DNA of 64,000 nucleotides, taken from contig OZ241329.1 in NCBI GenBank assembly GCA_965199825.1, positions 896,001 to 960,000 on the forward strand. The letters are read 5' to 3'. The notes below the pieces were generated by a model. The model ran no database searches. It was not told where the DNA came from and saw only the letters and a list, made by a program, of their open reading frames with translations. The stretch comes from Bdellovibrionales bacterium (GTDB lineage: Bacteria; Bdellovibrionota; Bdellovibrionia; Bdellovibrionales; UBA1609). A program made the translations under genes and the position numbers. Shown here piece by piece: positions 39,933 through 49,801 of this stretch (position 1 is the first letter of the stretch; each line of letters starts with the position of its first letter).

Positions 39933-40445
39933 CTACTTTGCAACGTCAAGCTCAGCCAAAACCTTTTCGATTCGGTATAAATTCGAAACCCAATCGGTAA
40001 ACAAAAGTTTATTTTTGAATGGAACCATCTCGCCATCTTTGGAAGACAAGATTCGGATCTTTGAATTGATTTCGTCGCTGGTCACATGCTTAAGAGTTCG
40101 CACATAGGTCAGCATGCGTTCGGGCTGGGCCGAGGGCAAAGTGGTTACAACATCAATTGAACTTCGCTCGGCATCGCGCGCCGAAATCACACTGAGTTCA
40201 CCGGTACCTGGATGCTCAACAATCGCAAAACCTAATTTTGATAAGGCTTGTGAGAGATCGTTAAAGGCCTCTTCCACAGATACTGAATTGGGATTCAAAA
40301 TGGTGATTTTGCCCCTTACCTCAGAGCCAAAAATAATTTTCTTTTTCGACATCTCCGAATATTGCGCAATCACTTCTGTCACATCTGCATTTTTAAATTT
40401 AAATGTTGCCGCCATCGCAAAAGAACAAATCAGACTTAAGAACAT
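39933..40445 (-). CDS. Stand-alone secretin N-terminal (GspD N0/N1-like) domain protein
   Basis: FKNADV..VI...V RGKITI (N0) and LKHV...NKLLFTD..NL.RI..V...LD (N1); no secretin barrel. Confidence 0.72.
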   Translation of the reverse strand: MFLSLICSFAMAATFKFKNADVTEVIAQYSEMSKKKIIFGSEVRGKITILNPNSVSVEEAFNDLSQALSKLGFAIVEHPGTGELSVISARDAERSSIDVVTTLPSAQPERMLTYVRTLKHVTSDEINSKIRILSSKDGEMVPFKNKLLFTDWVSNLYRIEKVLAELDVAK

Positions 40446-40517
40446 GGGCACCGCCTTTTTATCAAACCTAAGCGCGCGCCGATGCAGTTGCAAAAAAATG
40501 TTTATGGAGTTTTCTTG

Positions 40518-41012
40518 TTACTTTAAGCCCGCATCCAGTGGAGTGGGCGCCTTTAGCCATTGATCCAAAGAGCAGGAATCCTTGATCACGTTTTTAAGAC
40601 GTTCATTTTCTTCCTCTAACACGCGCGCAAGAGTCTGAAGATCGGTCACCTCATCACGCAGTTGCAAGATCTGTTGATCCTTTTCTTGCAGAATTGTTGA
40701 GTAGGCCTTTTTTAGTTCACCAACCAGAAGTTGAACCTCCCCCCGATCAGAGGGCTGAACGGGAGAAGGCATTTGTGTTGGGGGGACAATGGGCACCTTT
40801 TGTTCGGCTAAAGCACTTGCCACCTTTTGCACAGGTGGTGGCGCCTCAGCCAATTTGCGTGACGCTTCAAAAGGAGTATCGCGAAGCAGGTATTTTCCTT
40901 CTTCGATTTTATACTCCACATCCTGGTTTTTGATCCTTCGCCTTAGTGTCGAAATACTCACTTTATATTTTAGCGAATAATCTGCTAAGGCGATCCAAGC
41001 TTTGTCGGTCAC
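40518..41012 (-). CDS. Helix-turn-helix plus coiled-coil DNA-binding protein
   Basis: YSLKYKVSISTLRRRIK HTH, Pro-rich linker, C-terminal coiled coil; GGAG RBS before GTG. Confidence 0.75.
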   Translation of the reverse strand: MTDKAWIALADYSLKYKVSISTLRRRIKNQDVEYKIEEGKYLLRDTPFEASRKLAEAPPPVQKVASALAEQKVPIVPPTQMPSPVQPSDRGEVQLLVGELKKAYSTILQEKDQQILQLRDEVTDLQTLARVLEEENERLKNVIKDSCSLDQWLKAPTPLDAGLK

Positions 41013-41029
41013 GCGTCAACTCCTTCGAT

Positions 41030-41154
41030 GACTACCCAAATCTACCTATTCACCTTGTCAGGTGAGTAGTCTTGAATAGTCAAACTAGACTAATTCAGGA
41101 CTGATCACTTGATTTTGACTATTCATGACTACTCAAAATGTCATAGACTATCTA
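41030..41154. promoter_or_regulatory. GACTA(C/T)TCA repeat array forming a 22-bp inverted repeat in a divergent promoter region
   Basis: 41063-41084 versus 41114-41135 match 21/22 as reverse complements; extra partial copies at 41030, 41088 and 41146. Confidence 0.75.
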
Positions 41155-41156
41155 GC

Positions 41157-42362
41157 GTGAAACTATCAGATAAAAAAAACCTAGCCCTTGTTCTTTCCGG
41201 TGGTGGAATCAAAGCCGCCGCTTTTCATATTGGTGTTTGTTTAGCTTTGCGCGAAAAAGGATTTCGCTTTGCTGGTGGAACTCCGGATGCGGTGATGCAA
41301 AAGTTTGAGAGTTCAAAACTCACCTTTAAACTCTACGTCGGTTCAAGCGCTGGCGCGGTGATCAGCACTTTTCTGGCTGCAGGCTACTCCATTGATGCGG
41401 TGATTGATGCATTCACTCAGGGCGCTGGTATTGGATCATTTGCCAAACAAGAAAATAGCGAAGGTTATCTCAAGCCCATAACCTATCGAGATATTTTTGC
41501 TTTAAATATTGGTGCGAGTAGCCCAACAAAAATAATTTCTAATCTGTTTAAAAAAAGACCAGCAATTGCGGGAGGTCTCGAAGTTTTTTTAAAACGCGGG
41601 ATTAAAGTAAATGGTTTATTTTCTACCAAAAATCTCGAACGCTATTTGAGAGAAACAGTTTTTCCTCAAAATAAATTTGAAGCTCTAGGCGTTGGTCTAT
41701 ATATCGTTGCCACTCAATTGAACCATTCGCGCAAAGTCGTGTTCGGCCCCTATGCCGAAAACACCAAGACCCCTCATGTGGGAACCGCAAATTATGCTCA
41801 TATCAGCGATGCGGTTGCTGCCTCAGCGGCACTGCCTCCATTTTTTTCGCCCTATGCAATAGAAAATCAAAGCGGTCGTAAGGTCCATTTTTTTGATGGC
41901 GAAATTCGCGATACGTTATCGACCCATGTGGCGGCCGAACAGGGAGCAGATCTTGTAATCTCGAGTTATTCGATCCAACCTTATCACTATCATCGCGAAA
42001 TGGGTTCGCTCCATGAGTACGGTATGCCCCTGATTTTTAATCAGGCTCTCTACCAAGCGGTCCAACAAAAAATCGAGAGTCATATTCGAAATCAAAACGA
42101 TGCCCGCAGCTTGATCGAAACTGTGGAGAAATATATGACCGACGCCAAAATACCAAAAGAACATCGTGAAAATTTACGTCAAATTATTATGAGCAAAACC
42201 CGGTTTAATCCGGCTGTGGATTATATTTATATTCATCCCAGTCCAAAAGATTACGAAATGTTTTTTTACGATCACTTTTCGCTCAACCCAAAAATTTTGG
42301 GACGGATCGTTCGCACAGGATTTAAAGCCGCAATGACCGCTTTAAAACCCTTTGCGATTTAG
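41157..42362 (+). CDS. Patatin-like phospholipase
   Basis: SGGGIKA, GSSAG nucleophile, DGE; probable GTG start at 41157. Confidence 0.9.
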   Translation: MKLSDKKNLALVLSGGGIKAAAFHIGVCLALREKGFRFAGGTPDAVMQKFESSKLTFKLYVGSSAGAVISTFLAAGYSIDAVIDAFTQGAGIGSFAKQENSEGYLKPITYRDIFALNIGASSPTKIISNLFKKRPAIAGGLEVFLKRGIKVNGLFSTKNLERYLRETVFPQNKFEALGVGLYIVATQLNHSRKVVFGPYAENTKTPHVGTANYAHISDAVAASAALPPFFSPYAIENQSGRKVHFFDGEIRDTLSTHVAAEQGADLVISSYSIQPYHYHREMGSLHEYGMPLIFNQALYQAVQQKIESHIRNQNDARSLIETVEKYMTDAKIPKEHRENLRQIIMSKTRFNPAVDYIYIHPSPKDYEMFFYDHFSLNPKILGRIVRTGFKAAMTALKPFAI

Positions 42363-43834
42363 AACATCGATTGAACAGTGAGCTTCACAAAATCATAAAA
42401 AGGTTGTGAGCAAATTCCAAGAGCAATGGTCAACACAGCGGCCACAGTAACTGCGGCTCGAGTCATCTGTTTTTGATCGTCCACTTGAACTCCGTTTGCA
42501 TCACCCATGTACATCACCACCACAGGGCGCAAATAATAATACACACTGATTGCCGAGCCAATCACTCCCCAGATCGCAAGCCAATAAAGGCCTTGCTGAA
42601 TCAAAGCTGTAAACACAAAGAATTTACCAAAAAATCCGATGGTGGGTGGCAATCCTGCAAGGGACAACATAAAAATAGTCAAAGTAAACGCAATCCAAGG
42701 GCTTCGCTTTGCAAGACCCGAGAGATCATCAATGTCGGTAAATGAATCCTCGTGAGAATCGAGCAGCGACACCACCCCAAAGGCTCCAATGGTCATCACC
42801 GAATAGGAAAATAGATAAAAGATCAAACCGCTCGCGCCCACTTCGGCGGCTCCGCCAATACCTGCAGCAATCAATGCCATCATTGCATAGCCAGAATGTG
42901 CAATGCTCGAATACGCAAGCATGCGTTTAAAACTTGTCTGCATAATTGCGGCAACGTTGCCCACAATCACGGTAAAAACCGCCAGCCATTCAAGCAGATG
43001 AACAAGACTATCCGCCCGCTCCGACAACAAAGCGTCGGTCAAAATCAATCTTAAAAAAAAGGTAAAGCTCACCGCTTTAACCCCTGTTGCCATAAATGCG
43101 GTAATCGGTGTTGGTGCTCCTTGATAGACATCAGGGGCCCAAGCATGAAATGGAAAAATCGCCACCTTAAAGCATATTCCAATCACAGCCATTACAAAAC
43201 CAAACAAAAAGAGTCGGTTGGTTGTCATCAGATCACTGGCTACCGCGGTGATATCTGGAAGATAAGTCGATCCCACTGTTCCGTAGATAAAGGCGACACC
43301 ATAAAGAAAAATGGCCGACGCAAAACTTCCTAATACAAAATATTTGAATGCGGCTTCTTTAGATAACCGGCTCTCACCGCTCATTGCGATCAGCATGTAA
43401 AGACAAAGCGACATCAACTCGATACCAACAAAGGTGACGATCAAATCATTGGACCATGCGATGATCAACATTCCGATTGCCGAATTCATTACCAAAAAAA
43501 TAAATTCTGAAAACTGTTTGGTCATGGTGGTCAAATTTTCGCGCGCATAAAGGAGCGACCACGATGTGATAAGCAAAATCAAAACTGTGGTCCAGGTCGA
43601 AAGGCCATCAAAAATAAGCGCTCGACTAAAAGCCATTTTGTTTACACCAAAATTTGCCACCGCTAAGCCTGAGGCCGTCACACATCCGATGAGTCCATAA
43701 AGCAGACTCGCAAAAGAATTTTGCTCTTGATTCCCATGAGTGATTTTTACGGTAAGTGGAATAAGACTAGTAAAGAAAAGTGCCAAAAGTGGTGAAACAA
43801 GAAGAAGATCCAACCATTCAAAATGCTGTTCCAT
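42359..43834 (-). CDS. nuoN: NADH-quinone oxidoreductase subunit N
   Basis: EAAFKYF, FKVAIFPFHAWAPDVYQG, KRMLAYSS. Confidence 0.96.
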   Translation of the reverse strand: MEQHFEWLDLLLVSPLLALFFTSLIPLTVKITHGNQEQNSFASLLYGLIGCVTASGLAVANFGVNKMAFSRALIFDGLSTWTTVLILLITSWSLLYARENLTTMTKQFSEFIFLVMNSAIGMLIIAWSNDLIVTFVGIELMSLCLYMLIAMSGESRLSKEAAFKYFVLGSFASAIFLYGVAFIYGTVGSTYLPDITAVASDLMTTNRLFLFGFVMAVIGICFKVAIFPFHAWAPDVYQGAPTPITAFMATGVKAVSFTFFLRLILTDALLSERADSLVHLLEWLAVFTVIVGNVAAIMQTSFKRMLAYSSIAHSGYAMMALIAAGIGGAAEVGASGLIFYLFSYSVMTIGAFGVVSLLDSHEDSFTDIDDLSGLAKRSPWIAFTLTIFMLSLAGLPPTIGFFGKFFVFTALIQQGLYWLAIWGVIGSAISVYYYLRPVVVMYMGDANGVQVDDQKQMTRAAVTVAAVLTIALGICSQPFYDFVKLTVQSMF

Positions 43835-43837
43835 ATT

Positions 43838-45364
43838 CTACCTTTTTACTTCGAGCTGATATTGATAACGAGCGTCTTGAAGATGTTCGAGACTGGCTTT
43901 GGAAAAATTCAAAAAATGCTGCGGAAAAATTCCCATCCAAAATATCAGCAAAATCAGCGGAGCTAAAACCAAACGCTCTCTTAATCCAATATCGAGACCT
44001 GGATTTTTTTCGTCGTCGTGCCCAATAACCACACCAGCCGCGGGTCCAAAGAACACTCGCTTGATCATCCACAGCATATAGGCTGCACCGAGCACCACAC
44101 CCAACACTGCAATTGAAGCAATCAACTTTTTCGCCCCAAAAGCTCCAAGTAAAATCAAAAACTCTCCGACAAATCCATTGGTCAACGGAACCGCAATGCT
44201 CGAAAGTGTCACAATCAAAAATGCGATTGTGAAAATGGGTGCGGCTTTGGCAAGGCCCCCATACTGACTGATTTCTCGAGTGTGGGTTCGCTCATAAATC
44301 ATCCCAACAAGCAAAAACAAAGCGCCTGTGCTCACACCATGATTGAGCATTTGATAAAGAGCGCCGGTTGATCCGTAAATATTGTAAGCAAAAAGTCCAA
44401 GCATCACATATCCCATATGTGAAACAGACGAGTAGGCCACAAGTTTTTTGATATCGGGCTGAACCATTGCGACCAAGGCACCATAAATAATTCCAAAAGC
44501 GGCAACACCCATCATAAATCCAGAAAAGTATTCTGCCGCCTGCGGAAAAAGAGGTAAACAAATTCGCATGAATCCATAGGTTCCCATTTTCAAAAGCACA
44601 CCCGCAAGGATCACCGACCCTGGAGTGGGTGCCTCAACGTGAGCATCGGGCAACCAAGTATGAAATGGAAATATTGGCACTTTGATCGCAAATGCCAGAG
44701 CAAACGCAAAAAATAACAGGGTTTGGGTATTTAAAAATCCGCCACCCACAAAAGGTAAATCTAATTTGTAAAAGTCTAAAAGACTTGCACTGATATGACC
44801 GCCCTCAAGCGATTTGGTCATAAACATCAATGTGATAATTCCAAGGAGCATAAACAGAGAGCCAAACATGGTGTAAATAAAAAATTTCACCGTGGCATAG
44901 ATGCGACGCTTGCCACCCCAAATCCCAATCATAAAATACATCGGGATTAAAGACGCCTCGAAGAAGGCATAAAATAAGATGGCATCAAACGATAAAAAAG
45001 TCCCAAGCATCGTGGTGCCCAAACAAAATAAGCAGGCATGAAATCCGCGCACTTGTTTATCGATCGCGGTCCAACTCCCTAAGATGGTCAGCGGAAGTAA
45101 AAATGTGGTGAGCAGCACAAGCCAAATCGAAATTCCATCGACACCCACAAAATAGGAAATCCCGAGCGAGCGCACCCAAGGGGTTTGCTCTACAAATTGA
45201 AGTTGGGCGGTGCTCTGGTCGAACTGGAATAACAAAAACAAACTTAAAATAAAAAGCGCTGTGGAACTGACAAGTGCAAAAGGTCTTACCCACTGCTCTT
45301 GCGGCATCAGCGCACAGACCAGCCCAAAAATAAGAGGTAAAAAAATGATTGAAGTTAAGATCAT
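43838..45364 (-). CDS. nuoM: NADH-quinone oxidoreductase subunit M
   Basis: GVDGIS, PFHTWLPDAHVEAP, LKMGTYG, GFVGEF. Confidence 0.97.
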   Translation of the reverse strand: MILTSIIFLPLIFGLVCALMPQEQWVRPFALVSSTALFILSLFLLFQFDQSTAQLQFVEQTPWVRSLGISYFVGVDGISIWLVLLTTFLLPLTILGSWTAIDKQVRGFHACLFCLGTTMLGTFLSFDAILFYAFFEASLIPMYFMIGIWGGKRRIYATVKFFIYTMFGSLFMLLGIITLMFMTKSLEGGHISASLLDFYKLDLPFVGGGFLNTQTLLFFAFALAFAIKVPIFPFHTWLPDAHVEAPTPGSVILAGVLLKMGTYGFMRICLPLFPQAAEYFSGFMMGVAAFGIIYGALVAMVQPDIKKLVAYSSVSHMGYVMLGLFAYNIYGSTGALYQMLNHGVSTGALFLLVGMIYERTHTREISQYGGLAKAAPIFTIAFLIVTLSSIAVPLTNGFVGEFLILLGAFGAKKLIASIAVLGVVLGAAYMLWMIKRVFFGPAAGVVIGHDDEKNPGLDIGLRERLVLAPLILLIFWMGIFPQHFLNFSKASLEHLQDARYQYQLEVKR

Positions 45365-45367
45365 GAG

Positions 45368-47299
45368 TTAGCCCACCAATACATAGGTCATTGTGACGAT
45401 CACACCGAGTGCAATATAGAGCGCATAGTATTGCATATTTCCATTTTGCACCGATCGCAACATTCGCCCCACACCTTGAACAAGATCTGCCGCAACATAG
45501 GTCGCGCGATCAACAAAATTGACATCGATATAGAGCCACAAGCCTTGGCTCAATTTCACCAGAGGTTGAATAATTCGTGCGGTGTAAAATTCATCGACAT
45601 AAAATTTGTTGTAGGTGGCCCGGTAAACAAAACCTATTTTCTGAGAAAAAGCCGCAATCTTTTGAGGATGAAAAATATAAAGGTTATAAGCAAAAAGTGC
45701 TGATACCGCCGCACCAACAACCGACACGATCATCAGAGTCCACTCCATCGAGTGCGAGGCTGTCCCCTCAGGAATTTTGGCAAGAACAGGCTCAAGCCAT
45801 TCTTCCAAAAAATTTCCGGGATGACCCGGAATCATATGACTTAAAATTTCAGGAATTCCCACCCAGCCACCAATCACCGATAAAACTCCTAAAACGATCA
45901 ATGGAATTGTCATCGTAAAGGGTGACTCGTGAGGGTGAATTTCGTGAGGCACACGCGATTTGCCCCAAAAGGTCAGGCACATTAAGCGTGTCATATAAAA
46001 TGCGGTCCCAAGGGCGCCAACAAATCCGACTACCCACAACAAAGGATGACCAAATGAAGAAGAGTACGCGCGCCACAAGATTTCATCCTTACTAAAAAAT
46101 CCGGCAAAAGGTGGCAGTCCAATAATCGCAAGCCAACCGAGCACAAAAGTAAAATGGGTGATGGGCAAGTATTTTTTAAGTCCACCCATTTTGCGAATGT
46201 CTTGCTCTTCGTGCATCCCATGAATGACCGAGCCTGAACCTAAGAACATCAAAGCTTTAAAAAATGCATGAGTCATAAGATGAAACATCGCGGGCCCAAA
46301 GGCACCAACGCCCACACCTAAAAACATATAACCGAGCTGCGAAACGGTTGAATACGCCAAAACTTTTTTAATATCGAACTGGGTAAACCCGATCAGCGCT
46401 CCCATCAGCGCCGTCAATGCACCTATCACAGCAATGATATTCATCACGTGAGGCGCTAAAATAAAAACCCCACTCATTCGAACGATCATATAAATTCCGG
46501 CAGTGACCATTGTTGCGGCGTGGATCAATGCCGACACAGGAGTGGGTCCCGCCATCGCATCGGGGAGCCAAACATAAAGAGGAATCTGCGCCGACTTTCC
46601 GGTGGCCCCAATAAAAAGCATAAGGCAGGCAAAGGTGATTGGACCACTCCAACCCAACTCCGCAACTTGAGGAACCCGAGTTAAAAGTTCGGTAAAATTC
46701 AACGTATTAAAATTGTAAAACAAAGTAAAAATGCCGAGCAAAAATGCGGCATCACCGATTCGGTTGGTAACAAAGGCTTTCATCCCAGCCGCCGCTTTGG
46801 CAGGATCGGAAAACCAAAATCCGATTAAGAGATAAGAGCAAAGCCCCACACCTTCCCATCCCACAAACATCACCAAGAGATTGTCGCCAAGAACAAGAAT
46901 CAACATGTTCATCAAAAACAGATTGAGATAAGCAAAAAACTTGGCAGGCCGTGGATCGTGAGACATGTAACCCACGCTGAATAAATGAATTAAAGATCCA
47001 ACACCGGTGATGATCAAAATCATCATCGCATTCAATGGATCAAGCAAAAAAGCAAAGTTGACATGAAAGTCGCCGGCCGAAATCCACGAAAAAAATTGGG
47101 CCGACAAAACCCGGTGCTCCTCGGGCAAACTTTTAAGCTGCAAAAATAATGTGACCGAGATGATAAAACAAATGACCGAAGCTAACGTTGCGATGCCGCC
47201 TGCAACCACCGCATTGTGCGATCGAAACCGAAATCCATTGATCAAAAATCCAACAAAAGGCACCAAAACCAGTGCTGCAAATAAAAACGGCGTGCCCAT
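45368..47299 (-). CDS. nuoL: NADH-quinone oxidoreductase subunit L
   Basis: GWEGVG, KSAQIPL.WLPDAMAGPTPVSALIHAATMV, HAFFKAL. Confidence 0.97.
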   Translation of the reverse strand: MGTPFLFAALVLVPFVGFLINGFRFRSHNAVVAGGIATLASVICFIISVTLFLQLKSLPEEHRVLSAQFFSWISAGDFHVNFAFLLDPLNAMMILIITGVGSLIHLFSVGYMSHDPRPAKFFAYLNLFLMNMLILVLGDNLLVMFVGWEGVGLCSYLLIGFWFSDPAKAAAGMKAFVTNRIGDAAFLLGIFTLFYNFNTLNFTELLTRVPQVAELGWSGPITFACLMLFIGATGKSAQIPLYVWLPDAMAGPTPVSALIHAATMVTAGIYMIVRMSGVFILAPHVMNIIAVIGALTALMGALIGFTQFDIKKVLAYSTVSQLGYMFLGVGVGAFGPAMFHLMTHAFFKALMFLGSGSVIHGMHEEQDIRKMGGLKKYLPITHFTFVLGWLAIIGLPPFAGFFSKDEILWRAYSSSFGHPLLWVVGFVGALGTAFYMTRLMCLTFWGKSRVPHEIHPHESPFTMTIPLIVLGVLSVIGGWVGIPEILSHMIPGHPGNFLEEWLEPVLAKIPEGTASHSMEWTLMIVSVVGAAVSALFAYNLYIFHPQKIAAFSQKIGFVYRATYNKFYVDEFYTARIIQPLVKLSQGLWLYIDVNFVDRATYVAADLVQGVGRMLRSVQNGNMQYYALYIALGVIVTMTYVLVG

Positions 47300-47300
47300 A

Positions 47301-47627
47301 CTACCCTCTTAAATTTTCGAAGAATCGAATATTTACTTCTTTAAATTTTTTGTAAACCGTAACAGCAAGGGCAAGTCCCACACCCGCTTCGGCTGCGGCT
47401 ATGGTCATCACAAAAAACACCATAATTTGACCATTGAGATTGTGTGAATAATGGCTAAATGCCACAAATGTTAAATTGACCGCATTGAGCATGATCTCAA
47501 TACCCATCAACATCACCAAAACGTTTTTTCGCAAAAGTACCGCAATCATTCCAAAAGAAAATAAAATCGCCGATAAGATGAGGTAATGCTCAAGCCCTAC
47601 CGTCATCATATTTTCAACCGCGAGCAT
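47301..47627 (-). CDS. nuoK: NADH-quinone oxidoreductase subunit K
   Basis: EIMLNA, AAAEAGVGLA; AAGGAGG RBS before ATG 47627. Confidence 0.96.
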   Translation of the reverse strand: MLAVENMMTVGLEHYLILSAILFSFGMIAVLLRKNVLVMLMGIEIMLNAVNLTFVAFSHYSHNLNGQIMVFFVMTIAAAEAGVGLALAVTVYKKFKEVNIRFFENLRG

Positions 47628-48138
47628 GAGTGCCTCCTTTAATACGTGATACGGCAACCACTCCAACTGCTACGACCAAAAGTAAAACGCCCAACGCTTC
47701 AAACGAAAACACGTACTGATTGAACAACACGTTCGCAAGATCCTTGGTCGAAGTTTCAACCAAGGGTTGCTTTTCGCCAGGTTGAACTAATGATGTCGAC
47801 AGAGGGACTGCACCAATGATCAAACCCGCCAAACAAGCCGAAGCCGCAATTTTTAAAACATTGCTCGCCTCACCTCGAGTGTAAGCTTTGAGCTCGGTGC
47901 GCAAATCAAACAGCATCACCACCATCACAAATAATACCATCACCGCACCGGCATAGACGATCAACTGCACGCCGGCGATAAATGGAGCACCTAATTGAAA
48001 AAACAAAAGGGCCAATGTCACCATCGCAACTGCTAAATGGAGAGCCGAAAAAATTGGATTCACGGAACTCACCACTTTATAAGTGGCATACAAAAGAATA
48101 ATCGCCAGAATATAAAAGAGCGCTGAATTGACGTCCAT
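47614..48138 (-). CDS. nuoJ: NADH-quinone oxidoreductase subunit J
   Basis: QLIVYAGAVMVLFV; TAATG overlap with nuoH. Confidence 0.95.
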   Translation of the reverse strand: MDVNSALFYILAIILLYATYKVVSSVNPIFSALHLAVAMVTLALLFFQLGAPFIAGVQLIVYAGAVMVLFVMVVMLFDLRTELKAYTRGEASNVLKIAASACLAGLIIGAVPLSTSLVQPGEKQPLVETSTKDLANVLFNQYVFSFEALGVLLLVVAVGVVAVSRIKGGTHARG

Positions 48139-49301
48139 TACGCCCCCCAATTCGTGCGTAAAACAAAAACCAAAAGTGCGGTCGCAACAACGTTAAACAG
48201 GGCCCAAGGCAACATCGATTTCCAACCCAAATCCATCAGCTGATCATAACGAAGGCGAGGCAATGTCCAACGCACCCAAATAAAAATCCATAAAAATACC
48301 AAAATTTTTAAAAGTAAAACCACGTGAAGCATGACAGCTGTGATCACACTTGCGGCTGTTGCTCCATAGCCATGAGCCGCAATCCAGGTGTTGATCTGTT
48401 GTGGAGATATAAACGGCAAATTGTATCCACCAAAATAAAATGTCGCCATCAGTGCCGAGGCCACAAGCATATGGCCGTACTCACCGATATAAAACATGTT
48501 CATTTTAATTCCGCCGTACTCGGTATGATAACCCGCAACGAGCTCACCCTCAGCTTCAGACAAATCAAAAGGTAAGCGGTTGGTTTCGGCAAACACCGAA
48601 CTAAAAAAGAGCAAGGCTCCAAGGGGTTGATAAAAGATGCCCCAATTAGGCAAAAATCCAATACTGATGGGCTTCCCCATCCAGTGAATGGTCAAAGGTC
48701 CCACTTGATGATTGATCATCTCGCTAAAACTAAATGTGTTGTAAACGATCAAGACACCAACAAGTGCAAGACCCATCGCAAGTTCATAACTGATCATTTG
48801 GGCCGAAGCTCTGAGCGCACCTAGAAGCGAAAATTTATTGGCTGATCCCCAACCCGCCATCAAAAGTGAATATGCAGCAAGTGATGAAACGCCGAGGACA
48901 AAAACAATTCCCACCCCGATTTCGTATCCTTGAAATGCAAAATGATAAGGGCCCCATGTGCGACCCAACCATTCAAAGGGGACCACATCAATGGGTGCAG
49001 AAAGAGGAATCGCATTGAACGCTAAGGCTGCTGGAATCAGCGCGACAACAGGGGCTGCATAAAAAATAAAGCGATAACTGCTTGCGGGTACAAACTCTTC
49101 TTTTGTTAAAAACTTCACCGCGTCAGCCAAAAGCTGGGTTAAACCCAGTGGACCAATTCGGTTGGGTCCCAAACGATTTTGGATAAACGCCGAACCTCTG
49201 CGTTCCACCCACACGAGTGCTGGCACCAACTGCACCATCATCAAAAAGATGGCGACCATCTTGATAAAATTTATTCCGATTTCAAAGACGTCGGTTCCCA
49301 T
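48138..49301 (-). CDS. nuoH: NADH-quinone oxidoreductase subunit H
   Basis: Q.R.GPNR, AQMISYE, ETNRLPFDL.EAE.ELV.GY..EY, PRLRYDQLM. Confidence 0.97.
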   Translation of the reverse strand: MGTDVFEIGINFIKMVAIFLMMVQLVPALVWVERRGSAFIQNRLGPNRIGPLGLTQLLADAVKFLTKEEFVPASSYRFIFYAAPVVALIPAALAFNAIPLSAPIDVVPFEWLGRTWGPYHFAFQGYEIGVGIVFVLGVSSLAAYSLLMAGWGSANKFSLLGALRASAQMISYELAMGLALVGVLIVYNTFSFSEMINHQVGPLTIHWMGKPISIGFLPNWGIFYQPLGALLFFSSVFAETNRLPFDLSEAEGELVAGYHTEYGGIKMNMFYIGEYGHMLVASALMATFYFGGYNLPFISPQQINTWIAAHGYGATAASVITAVMLHVVLLLKILVFLWIFIWVRWTLPRLRYDQLMDLGWKSMLPWALFNVVATALLVFVLRTNWGA

Positions 49302-49670
49302 TTATTCCCACTCCAAGGCTCGGGATTTAATTTCCCAAAAAAGACCAAAAACAAAAATTCCCACAAACATCGACATCACGAGCAACGCATAAGCCCCACG
49401 GCCCGCATCGATATTTTCGGAATATGTGATTGCCCAAGGGTACATAAAAATAATTTCGATATCGAACAGGATAAACAAAATCGCTGTAAGATAAAATTTA
49501 ACCGGAACTTTTGTGGTCTCTGATCCCTCACCCGCAAGTCCGGACTCGTAGGCTTCCATTTTGGATTTTGAATATTTCCCTTTGGCGCCGCATAAACTTG
49601 CGACAACGACGATTGCAATGCCAAAGACAGTGACGAATAAAGTGAGGACAAGAACCGATAGAAGACTCAA
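49302..49670 (-). CDS. nuoA: NADH-quinone oxidoreductase subunit A
   Basis: YESG, FILFDIE, PWA, ALEW; probable TTG start at 49670 after GGAG. Confidence 0.93.
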   Translation of the reverse strand: MSLLSVLVLTLFVTVFGIAIVVVASLCGAKGKYSKSKMEAYESGLAGEGSETTKVPVKFYLTAILFILFDIEIIFMYPWAITYSENIDAGRGAYALLVMSMFVGIFVFGLFWEIKSRALEWE

Positions 49671-49801
49671 GCGGTGGCTCCAGGGCTGATGACTTTCATG
49701 GGTGGAAACCATTACCTTATACAAATTCACAAATGTAAATCCAAGGCTCACACAAAATGTGGCTCTTTGCGTCGAGCAATGTTACAAACTTTTGATCACG
49801 C

